Source of the DNA: Candidatus Omnitrophota bacterium
GTDB taxonomy: Bacteria > Omnitrophota > Omnitrophia > Omnitrophales > Aquincolibacteriaceae
Assembly (NCBI GenBank): GCA_903884815.1
Contig: CAISGE010000021.1
Span: 448 to 64,447, forward strand
Length of the DNA stretch: 64,000 nt
Direction of reading: 5' to 3'
Shown here: one piece after another, positions 29,901 to 41,900 of the stretch
How positions within the stretch are numbered: position 1 is the first letter of the stretch
Layout: every line of letters starts with the position of its first letter
The notes under the pieces: generated by a model
What the model saw: the letters and a program-made list of their open reading frames with translations, nothing else
Told to the model about the DNA's origin: nothing
Database searches by the model: none
Program-made: the position numbers and the translations under genes

Positions 29901-32900
29901 CATGCTGGAAGCCGTGAGCGTATTCGTCATCTCGATGTTTTTGGCGCTCCCGCGGATCTGGGCAAGATCCAACGACTCGTAGCGGTTCGCCTTTCCGGCG
30001 GCCTTCAGGACCTGCGTCTCAGTCTTATACCCGGCCTCCTTCGACCCCTTGATGCCGAGACCGGCCAATTCATGGGCCAAACCGACATCATTGAGTTTAT
30101 AGCTGATCGTGATCAAACCGACGGTATCCGAAATGATCTGGGTATCCGCCTGCTTTCCGTCAGAACCCATGGGACGGTATTGATCCCCGACCCCTTTCCG
30201 GATCCTCCCCACGATACCCCGCTCAACCATTTCCGCGGTACGCATCGCCTGGTATTTCAAGATGGACTGGAGCTCTGAGGTGAAGATCGAAAGATCCTCA
30301 AGCTTCTCGCTCCTGTCATTCACCGGGATCGACTCGTTCTCGGCATCATAGATCTTGTTATAGCGTTCTTTTAGCGCGTCCGCTGCGCGGCCCCGCTTGA
30401 AGAACTGTCCGACTTGTGTCGAGGACTTCCGTATCTCGTACCGGGACGAATCAAAGAGAATAACCGCCCTCTGGTCGCCGTACTGCTTAAAATACTTTCC
30501 GCTCTCAGTCACAATGATGTGATCGCTCCAGCTCAGATTGGACTGATCCACGACATTATCGAAGCGGTCCATGAGAACGCCGTCCTTTTCCCAAAGCATG
30601 ATACTCTTGTCGCCCTTCATGGCCGGATCCACGAAAAGTTCGTTGTAGGCGCAGTACACATGAAAATAGCGCAGCTCGGTGGCTTTCATCGTATCGCCGC
30701 CGAGGATAAAATAAGTCGGATCCACAATGCGGTGGATCTCGTCCATATTGCGGACTGAACTTTGGAACACCTTGGAGAATTCCTGGTACTTGGCAAGCTC
30801 CGTCGACCGGAAATGCGTCATCAGATGGCCGAGGGTGGTATAACTCACGGCCAGCACCTCGCGGGCCTGATTTCCGTCTTGACTGAGAATGCTGAGCAAT
30901 CGCTGATAAGCTGCTTCGCGGCCAGACTCGGGGCCTTTGGTGATGGCTTCGATCAATTTCTCCCCATTAACCAGCTCAATGCCCAAAGCGTTGGCGAGTT
31001 TTTCAGCCGGAGACTTCTTTTGATTCGGCTCAGCAACAATACGCCCGACCGCCTGCTCACTTTCAGTGATATGGACATTCGCGCCAAAAATGAAATCAAA
31101 GGTCGCCATAAGGAAGGTCTTCCCGCCACCTACGGCTACGTTCACATTCGAGCCCAAAAGTCCTTCCAGAATGGCGCACATTTGCTCGTGCAAAAGTTTG
31201 ATGCCTCTGGCGCTGAAGACGAGCGCCGCGGTACGGAGCATCGTTTCGTGGGCCTTGAAGCCTCCCATGCTTGAGAAGAAATCCTTGAGCGAGGGCTCGG
31301 CCTTTGCGTCGCGAACGGTTTTTTCCATGAATGCGAAAATACGGGCATAGCTCTCAAATCCCCCGCCGCCTTCCGCCGCACATCGCGGCGCAAGATAACT
31401 CTCGAGGAATCGATTGAATTCCGGTTCGGAGAGTCCCACCGTCTTTGCAGATTTCTTTGCACTCCCGAAAGCGGTGTCGAGAATTCCCACTGCCGCCTGC
31501 CGGACCATGGTATCGGGGTCTAACAACTCCGAAATCAGACTGGGTTGCGCCTCATCGACGGGATAGGCCTGGTTTTTTATGTTCTTCAAAAACATGGCGT
31601 GAATAGCCGTCAGTTCGGTAACGAGGGTATCGAGGTTCGGGGCTTTATCAATCGCGTTAAACTTCTCGACGCCGTGGGTGAGTACAAAATAATACGCCGC
31701 GCTGGCAGCTCTCTCCACAGCCGCCGTCTCAATGGGAGAATTTTCAAGACTCGTCTTCCATGACCGCACCGGATCACTTGCAAGCCAGTCATTTACCGTT
31801 TGAACCCGTTGGCGCACAAAAAACTCGACAAGGACTGGATTGCTGACGCGCGGACTGGTGCCGTTCTTAAAAATCAGTTTGCCGTCACTTTCCGTCTGAA
31901 GCACCAATTTCCCATTTTCAACGACAAAAGAAACGTCGCCGCCGTAACGCCTGATCTCCGGAGCCAGGTAAAAACGCATGATCTCGAGGGCGACAGATGT
32001 CGCAAAGCTATTTTTCAAAAGGGCTTCTTTCCCCTCGAATTTTCCTTTGAGATCCAGCAACTGCTCCGCCACTTTTACCAGCGAGTCTACCTGGCTCAGC
32101 CATGGGTTATGAGCCTGGACCTTTTCAGCCTGATGGCGGAGAGCCTCGAACGCGGCGGCCTTTTCAGGATCGGCATCAATTCCCGTGACGCCCAGAGTAT
32201 TCATGAAAACCGCGATCTGGACATGTGAGTTGGTCTCGGCAAGCTTCGTGATCAAAGACTCAAGCAGCGTCCCTTTATACCCCCCGTCAAGCACCGCGTT
32301 TCCGAGCGCTCTCGCAAACGCGCCGTTCTTGTCCAACCCACTGATCACCTGAAAAAGATGATCGGCCGTTTCCACAGAAAGGATCAAAGGCGCCTTCTCC
32401 CCGTCGATCCCGAAAACAACCCTTGCGACCTGTCCTTCGGCATACTGACTCGCCGGGATATTCCGGAAAGCGTCAAAAAGCGCCTTGACCTGCTCCTTCA
32501 CCCCGATCGACGTGCGCATGTCCATGCGCCGCGCGCTTTCGCGCAGAATGGCAAAACGCCCGATAGCGTCCAGCCCTTCAAGACTCCGGCCGGAGCGCAC
32601 CGAAAAGATCCCTCCGTGAGTTTCAATGATAGATCTCAAGATCGACTCAGAGGGACTCAATTTACTGATCAAAAGGTCCAAAACATTATTCCCGTCGATC
32701 GTGACACTGTGGCCATCGAGAGTGGACAAGTCATTCAATATCGTCATGAACCGGTCGCCTTCTCCTGCACGGACAGCATCAACGTAGATAGTTAAAAGAC
32801 CCCGTGATACCGAAGCGTCGGACGAATACCGGGAGATGTTAATCCAGGAATCTAGCAATTTTCTTTTACCCGAACCAACTTCGATCGTGTCAGGATTCCT

Positions 32901-35900
32901 GAGTTCCTCCATAGTAAAGTTGTGAATTCCAAGAATGACCCCCGACCGCGTCACTCTTGCTCCCGCTGCGAGCACAAGCTGGAAGGTGCTCCCATCCGCG
33001 GCCTGGATCGACAAAAAGCCTTGGGTCTCCGTCTGACGGAAGAATTCATTCAGAAAAGCTCCAAACTCGCCGCGCGGCAGGCCGGTAAACAAAGCATCCG
33101 CGATCGCCGTCATTATGTCCGTGCTGGCTTCCAGCCGTCCCTCGAGGCCTCGGAGGGCCTCGGGCAACGTGCCGCCCATTTTTTCCGCGATGGAGACGGC
33201 GGGTTTTGCGGTCTGATTGGGTGCGGAAGGATTGGCCGCATCCTTGACGGGTACTGACTTAACCTCTTCCGGCGCCTTAAAAAGCCGCGCGCCAACCGAC
33301 GTCCGTTCACTGGCCGAAACCTTTGCGAAGGAACTGGCCATAGGACGAGTCCAGTTATCAAGCAACACAGCCTTAAACTCCCCAGTGATCACATCGAACA
33401 GGTGAGTCACTTCCGCGGGAGCAAGCTTACCGCTATAAAAGTTATTGAGCAGTTCGTCTACGGTCAGCCTGCCGCCCGCTTTATCGGAGTTGAAACTTTC
33501 GAGGCTCAGGCGGCCGGTCATAGCAGCATCGCGAACGATAAAATCCAGGCGTCCCCTATTGATACTGGAAAGTCCCGTGGATAATTGAGGCGGGCGGGCA
33601 AGATCGGCGAGGATGCCTTGGGCAACATCCAAACGCCCCTTGTTCAGAGCGCGATAAATCGTAGCTCTCGCCGTTTCTCCGAGGCCATTGACGAACGTTT
33701 GCACCTCAGGGCTCAGTATCCCGAGCCTAATATTACATCCGACCTCGAAATCAGAAAGTCGTCCCGCCGCGTCATAGCTCTGGCGGGCGAGAGGGCTCAG
33801 GCTGTCCAAAAGCCCCTGAAGTCCGTCAGGACTTGCCAAGAAATCCGGGAGGAGATTGGCGCGAACATCTATCATGCTTCCGGAGCCGGTGGACGTGCTC
33901 ATGAATTTCCAAACTGTGAAAGCTTGAAGGTCCTGAAGAACATCCTTATCCGTGATCACGCTTGTCAGAGCGCGTGGAACAACTATTGGAGGCGCACTCA
34001 TCAGGATCTTCTCCGCAACGACATGATCCCGGTTAGCCATAGCTTCGTGAAAGGCCGACCTCGCCCTGTCATTTAAAGCGGTGTAGCGCGCCTGATCACG
34101 ACGCAAAGGCTCACGAATAATATCCCGGAACGGAGACCGCAGATTGCCGGCTGCCTGAGGCACCAGGAGGATCGCGCTTCTTGAAAGAGCGCCCGCGAAC
34201 GTGCCGAGTTCGGTAAAGGCTCTTGTAAAATCCCCTGAAACCGCTACCGCGAGTACGCCGGCTAAAAATCCGGGAAGGCTCGCGAAATCTTTCAGGATGG
34301 ATTCCACATCAGAAATTCCCTGAACGTGCCCCTCCTTCTGCTGGATGACGGGGGCCTTAACCAATGTCGCGAAAGCCTGTGACGATGCCATCACCAAATT
34401 AAAAAGCAGAAGATTATCGGCATAAGCAAAACCTGAGGATGCGAAACCCGCCAGGGTTTGCTTCCAGCCTTGGGCCATATACGTTTCCGTCATTTTCGCG
34501 GCCCATCGGGTGACAGAGCCCGGCAAGAGCGCCCGGATGACCCCGTTCGTTTCTGAAAAACGTCCAAAAAGGCCCTGCGAGAAGGTCGGCGCAAAAAAAT
34601 GAAGCGCCTGCCCCAGCAGGACATCATGAAGCACACGGCTCGGCGCCCAGGCTTTTGCATCAAGGAAGTTGGTGCGAAAAACGTAAATCAAATGTCCCCA
34701 ATAGCTCCGATCCTCATCCTGGATAAAATGCATTCCAAATTGATTCATCACCACTTCAAAAAGATGTTCGACCCCGAGAGCCGCCATGGCCACAGGCAGC
34801 ATATGGAAGGTCACCACGCTCCGGCCGGCATCAATGACTAACAGCTTTAAGATGCTCGTGTTAAGACTCACGCTTTCCTGGGCAAGACGCGCTCCGAACC
34901 GGGAGGCCGCACCCAAACCAGCCACACGATCCACGAGCAGTTGTCCCTGAAGCGACAGCTCCCCGGCCGCTGTAATTCCTTGGACTGTTACCAAACGGGC
35001 CAAAAGCACTCCTTGCAGGGCTTTGAGACCCAGCGATACCATCAAGAGCGTAATGCCCGCATCCCGGATCGGTTTATTCCCCTTCAAGGCGCCATACGCC
35101 GCCATCCCGACACCGGCTCCATAGACGGCGACATTGCCAAGTCCCAGGAACACCTGCCCCCATTTAAAATAAGAGGCGGCGCCGGCCGCCGTTTTGATGG
35201 AAGAAATTCCAGCGATCTCGGAAATCGACGGCGCAAAGAACTGGACAAACCGCGCGCCGATGGCAAACCCCGCGACCAAGATCCCCATGTTTGTCAACCA
35301 AGGATTGTCGCTCCATTTGCCGGCACCAAACATCGCAACGCCGACGGTCGCCGCAATATTCATCATCCCCGCGACAACGCGGGAAGTTTTCGCGAAAAAT
35401 CCAATAGAAGAACTGATCTTGCTGAATTGGTTCACCCCCAAAGCGATGCGCCATAAAGAACCGATGGCGATAGCGGAAGCACCGATAGTGGTCAATAATT
35501 TTCCGTAGCCCACCGCCCAATCCTGATGGGCCGCCAGGCCGAACCCCCAAAGCCCGAGCCCGGTCAGAGTGGTAAGTCTGGCCATTCCCACGAAGAGGTT
35601 CGAAGTGTTGGCAGCCCAACCGGCCGCCATGCTCAGCTGCCGGAGCCGGCTAATACCCGAAACTGTGGAGAACACCGTTTTGGTCGATTTCACAAATCCT
35701 GCAGCACGGCTTGCCTGCGCAATACCTTGTGCGGTCTTCATTCCCTTGCTGATTGCATTGACGGCTTCCGCAGCGATCTTCCTGCCCCAACCTCCGAAAA
35801 GAGCGCCCAGGATAAAACCTGCCATCTCAATCGTGGTCAGGACCTTATAGGTCATATCTGTTTGATCTATAACACCGCAGTACTCCAATCCCCCCTTCAG

Positions 35901-38900
35901 GATCGTCGTGCCAATTCCTACCCACATGGCATACGCCGATACTTTCATGATAATGGCTGCGGTACTGGCACCCACTGCCGAGAGGATAGCTCCTGCAATA
36001 GCCCCCACTGCACAGACCCCCGCATAAAGGGCAATCCCAGCCATGGCAACCGCCGTGGGGGCGTTAGCTGCTGCCCAGAGCAGGGTTTGCGCGCTGTAGA
36101 GCCTGCCGAACTCCCAGAAGCTGATCTTTTCTTCCCGCGAAACTCCGGTGATAGTATTCGTATCGGTCCAGCTTCTCCAACTGTGGAAAGTCCTGACGTT
36201 ACCTAACGAAGCGCCGACCAGCTCAAGCGAGGAATTCACGCCCCAGTGACTGTACAACGTATCACTCGCTATAACTTCGTTGGCGAAGCCCTGGTAGGGA
36301 CGCCCCTCGTAAACGATCAGCCGGTTATCAAACAAGGAACCCGGATTGTCAGTCCCCTTCACGATCCCGATAAAGCCGTACTGATTGTTCATCTGATCGA
36401 CAAACAACCGGTTCGCTATGAGATTGTCCCCCGCCGCCCCGCCGCCCCAGACCGTATCGGCCGGAAGATAGTATGTGAAGGTCACGGTCTGACTGTCTTC
36501 GTGGGTATAAGCTATTCCCTTATCCGTATCATGAACAAGCTTGTCCGCAAAGCTACCGCTCTCACGATATGTGACAACATCCATGACCGTTTCGCCGCGC
36601 AAATTTTTCCGCACAACATACTCTGTACGGTCCTGATGAAATACAGCCTGAGCTGTTCCGTTCTTCGCGTAGGAGCGGGATTTGACCTCGATAAGGCGGC
36701 CATAGTCATCAAATACTGGGAGTTCCTTATAAGTCAGCGTGCACTCGAGCGAAGCTTGGCCCCGCCAAAAGAGATGTCCCAAAGTGATCGTACCATCCAG
36801 GCTTGCAGTGACGCCTTCGGAATCAACCACTTCGCACTGCGCCAGGCCGAGGCCGATCCGTTCTTTGGTAAAATACTTGCCGGTAGTATCTTCCCGCGCC
36901 ATCATGTCCAGGACAATTTTGTAACCGGCCTTTCCGTCTGTCTTGTCAAACTTGAAGTCTTTCCCGAGCTGATAATCTTTGTAATTGGAGTTCACAATGA
37001 TTCCTGCCTTATAATCCGTTATACCGTTGTCCATTTCTTTAAAAGTCATCTCGTCTTTAGAGAAATAGTTCCACTCCTTGGTGGTTTTCTGACCAACGAC
37101 CTTCTGTATCCAGTAAGTGACTCCCTCTTCAAGGTCCAAGGCATTGCAACGAAGGGATTCCACCCCCTTCCCCTTGATCTGCCCAACCATTCCTTTGAAC
37201 TGATCAACCATTCCCTTGAACCGATCCAAAGGAGTGTCTCCAAGACTTAAAAAAGCCTCGTTTCCGGCCAGCGATTTCATTTCAAAAGACGCATCTTTGC
37301 CGAACAGAGTGCCCGTCACAACCAAGTTCTTGTCGGCGGCTTTAAACTCCTGCGTAAATCCCCATTTCCAGTCAACTTTTGACACGAGGGCATTATGTCC
37401 GCTTGCGATCCAGCCCTTATTAATTTCCTCGAGCTTGTCCTCCAAAAGGAATTTGTAAGCGCTTGCTTGTTCAACATTCAGCGTTATCAACCCCTTTCCA
37501 TAACTTATCTTTTCAACGAGGATGGTTCCCTTGGCGTCAGATGTTCCGGCACCGCCGATATTCTGCCCTCCAAAAGTATAAGTTCCTGAAAAGGACATGT
37601 CCTGAAACTCACCCCAGTCTTTCCAATAAACGGTTTCCGCGAACTCCTTGAACGTACCCGCAATATTCGCGCTGACCTTACCCGGCAGAAACTTCTGGAG
37701 AAACTCACGGCCTTCCTCGGATTCGGCGCCCACATGTTGATTGAGATGTATCAATTCGATGGCACTAAGCGGTTGATCCGCAGAAGACGAATATATGATA
37801 GAAAGATCCCCTTGACCGGCTTTCCGGGAAGCATCGAGGGTGAATTCACCATTATAAAAATTAATGTGCCCGAGCCCCCCGCCGGAGGTCTGGACATCAA
37901 TCACGACTTTATTTAAGCCCTGGGCTCTCATAAAAACGTGTTCGATCTCCTTTCCGTTTTCGTCAACCCCTTTCACGCGGAAAGCCGCTATCAGGTCCGC
38001 AAAAGTCTTACTCGACTCCCAGAGTCGCACGCCATTGGCATCCCGGATCTTCCCATTGACGATCTTGAAGGTGACATTGTTGAAATTCCAGTACCCATTC
38101 CCGTTCAACTTCTCCCCCAAGATCGCGCCGAGGGTCGCGACGTAACGGGAGACACCGTTAAATTCACCCCCGACGACCTGGAGGGCAAAGTCGGTGCTAC
38201 GGATCACGCCGAGCGCTACCGCAGCCTCCGTCATGCGGTCCATAAGCTTCGCGGATTCCGCCGGATCCATGAGCGCCAGTATTTTCGAGGAATCCGAAGA
38301 AACCATCATTTTCGCCCGGGCAGGTTGCATCCACGTGGTGTTATTTTCACCGGAATAGGTCAGCCATCCTTGCTCGGAAACATTGACGCGTTCAAAGTTC
38401 CCGCCGTTGGCAAGAAATAAAAACTCGAAGCCATTGGTCATGGCGTCGATCCAAGGGTGCTGTTCATGGTTCATAATGCCAATGAAGCCCGTGAAATTGC
38501 CGTCTTTGATCTCGGCAAAACGGGTGGGATCATGCCGCACCCCGGACTGGATGATCAGTGAGGTGACCGCGTTGGAAACCATGGTCTGCATCGACTGCAT
38601 CTGGATATTCAGCTTTCTGATCGCCTCGGGTGAGGCATCAATCTTCCAATCCTCTTTCGAGGTGTTGATAAACTTGTCTAAAGCCTCGCCAAGCTTCACG
38701 GAAAAGGCGCTCCAGCCCAGAAAATCCCGTCCGCCGGAACTTGCGGATAGCCGCGTCTGGATACCAAGATCCGGAGTAAACCAATGCGTATCTCTAAGTG
38801 CACTTATCTGCTCCGTTGTAAAGACCTTCAGTAGGCTCTCACGGAACTCCGGAGTGTCATCCAGGGTCAGGGCGACGGAGAGCTTCACCGTCTTTCCGTC

Positions 38901-41900
38901 TGAGAGCATATACGCATTCCCAATGGATTTTCCATCGGGACCGGTCAAAGCCTGCGTCGCCCCTTTGAGGCCGACCGCGCCGTTGACGATTTCATAGATA
39001 GTCCCCGAGGCTTCCCGGAGACCTGAGGCGGCAATTTGCTGGCGGATATATTCCATTTGAACCGGGGAGTATTTCTCGGAAGCCGTACGAAGAGTACCGT
39101 CGGCCATGCGGATATTGACGCTATAAGAATTACGGCCAAATATCTCGATCCAGCCGCTGCCGCCGATATAACGAAGCTCCGGCGTCTCTGCTGTCGGAAC
39201 GAGAATATCGGAGGAGTCAATGAGCTTGCTTTGCAGGAAGCTCAGCATCTTCGCCGCCACGGACGGCAGAAGACCGGTTCTCGACCCGCCCCCCGCGGGC
39301 GTCTCCATCAAAGGGGTCCCTAAAAAGAAATTCGCCACGGAATTCATCGCGTTCGTCAGCCATGAAGCGATGGAGCCGCTCTCCTCCTCATGAGCGGAAG
39401 CCCCCTGGCCGCTAACAAGGTTTTTAAGATAGCCCAGCATTTTGGACGCGGCGGAGGGCTTATTGAAAACCCGGATCTCATCCCCTTTTTTCAACCAAGA
39501 GAGGCAATCCTCATTGAAATTCCAGGCGCCGATCGCGCCCGTGCGAATCCCGTTCGCGTCGATCTCATAGGCTCTCCCCGGCAGGGCGCGAACCCCCAGA
39601 AGCTGCAGGCTGTCGTAGAGATGCTGGAGACCACCTTCTATATCCTGGTCTCGCATTTCTCTCCCGTCCGCAAAAGAAACTTTGTACAGGTTGACGACCT
39701 CGATCCGTTTCCCTTCTTGAGTGTGAATGCTCGTCGTACTCTCACCGGCGTTAAAGCTGGAGAACTCTCCACTGTAACTATTGGCAGACATGACCGCCCC
39801 GGTGACGGAATTCCCGATATATTGAATGCCGCCCAAGCCTCCCAGGAAATTCTTATCAAACATGCCGGTCCATCCATTCGCGCTGCCGTTGGCCAGCATG
39901 AGGCAGAGATTCTCAGTCAACCGAAGGTTGAGAGCATTCAGACGGCCCTTATATGTGTCGATCTCGTCTTTTTGCAAAGCGCCTCCACTCAAAGCGCCGA
40001 TCAAATACGGCATATAGCGACGAAAGGTTTTCCCGCCCTGTTTGAAATCGACGATCTCCTGAGCGCCTACGTTCAGCTGCACCAGCTTCCCGTCACGAAG
40101 CCCAAAGAATTTCCCGCTATCTGCGACAAAGTCCACTTTGCCAAGGTCAAAGTTGTAATAACCGATCCCGCCGGAAAACATCCGGCTGTCTTTGTAAAAC
40201 GTAACGAGATTCGCATTCAGACGCAGGCCCAGAGCTTCGATCTCGCTCTTCAGAATATCCGTCGCATCGCCGGCCGGAAGGATATTTCCGGTCATATCCA
40301 TGATGTCATACGGGCCGTTGACCATATACATCGCCCCGTCATCCTGCAGAACAGAAAATGAGCGGTTCGGCGTGGCGGCTATGGCGTTAAAGCTTCCCGT
40401 ATTGATGTTATGGCTGAGGATCGTCAGATTGTCGGTCCCGGAGGAAGATATGCTAAGGAAGTCCTTCCCCTTCAATGAAAGAAAACGCGCCGTACCGGCG
40501 CTGAGCTTCTCCCCGGCTGTCATACGAAGGGTGGAATCCAGACCAAACGTGGTGGTTGCATAGCCTAAGAGAGCCCCGGCAAAGGGATTCGCCCGGAGAA
40601 TGTCTGTCGGGGCCGCAACTTCACCCTCGAGGGTGGCACCACCCAACAGTGAGGCAAAGATTTTGGTCAGCTCCGCTCCGGTCATAACGCTCGTAAGGGC
40701 CTTTCCGGTGATGGCGTCATAGAGGATCCTGTCTGCGGTACTTCCGTAAAAGGAAATCGCTCCGTCCTTCCTGGATTGCAGCACCCCCGCGATCCCCAAA
40801 CGGTTCAGCCCGCTGTCATAGATGAGCAGGACATTGCCGTTAGAATCTTTCCCCGCCCCTAAAGCATAGGAATCCGTAAGTCCAATAATAGCCCGCGTCA
40901 GTTGGCGGCCGCCGTCAGCCATCACATCGTTCGCGATACCGCTCGCTGCGGGCATGGTCCCAAAAACCCAATGTCCCGCTTTGTCGGAGAGCCACTGGTC
41001 GGTGTTCTTGATCGCGACGCCGTCCATTTCCGTGAAGCCGTGCATTATTAGGTTGCTCCCGAATGCGCCAAACGCCGCGTAGCCCTCTTTGGCCGCCGCA
41101 AGGGCCTGCGTAAAAGTCATATTCGTTATCAGCCGGCCGTTCGCGTCCCGGTATTGAGCAGGCGCGTTATCGCCGGGCATGCTCATCGTCCTGGACGCCT
41201 TGTCTTCCACCGCGTCCTGGGAGATCATGATCCCGAATTTCGCGATGTAGGTTTCCGTGCGGGTCCGGTCGCCCGCCCTCCCTCCCGATACAATCTTGAA
41301 GAAATCAAAAGTGTCCTTGCCACGCGCGGAGCCGATAACGCGCGCGACGATCTTATCGCCTTCAATTCCGCCCTGGATAAGGCCGGTTGCGTCGAAAATA
41401 GCCTGGTTCAGCCGTCCGGACAGAGGGCCCATATTTAACCCGTCGAGCATCGCGTACGCGCTCACGCCCTGACGCTGGAGCGCTCCGGACGCGTTGAGCA
41501 CCGTCAGATAAATCTTTCCTCCGGCGGAATATTCTTCCTTGATGAGAAGAACAGATCCGCCGCGATTGCCGGCATAGACCTTGTTGTCGAGCCAATAGAC
41601 GACATTCCCCGTTTTTTTGTCCGGCTCAAAGGCCTGGGCGTAAACCGAGCCGTCCTTGTTGATAAGCGCAAAGTTGATCATGCTCTTCGCAATGCCGTCC
41701 AGAGCCCACTTGGAGAGTCCGTTCGTCCCGGTAGCCGAAATGATCGTGTTCGAATAGACGCCGCGGCTGACACCGTCATGGGCGAGGATATTCACCGCCT
41801 TCCCGTCAATAAGCGTCGGGGTCCGGTAATCGGCATTATTAATATGGCTCACGACAACCCCGTAAGCGCCGTAGCCGCCGCCATTCGCCGTGGGTATCGA

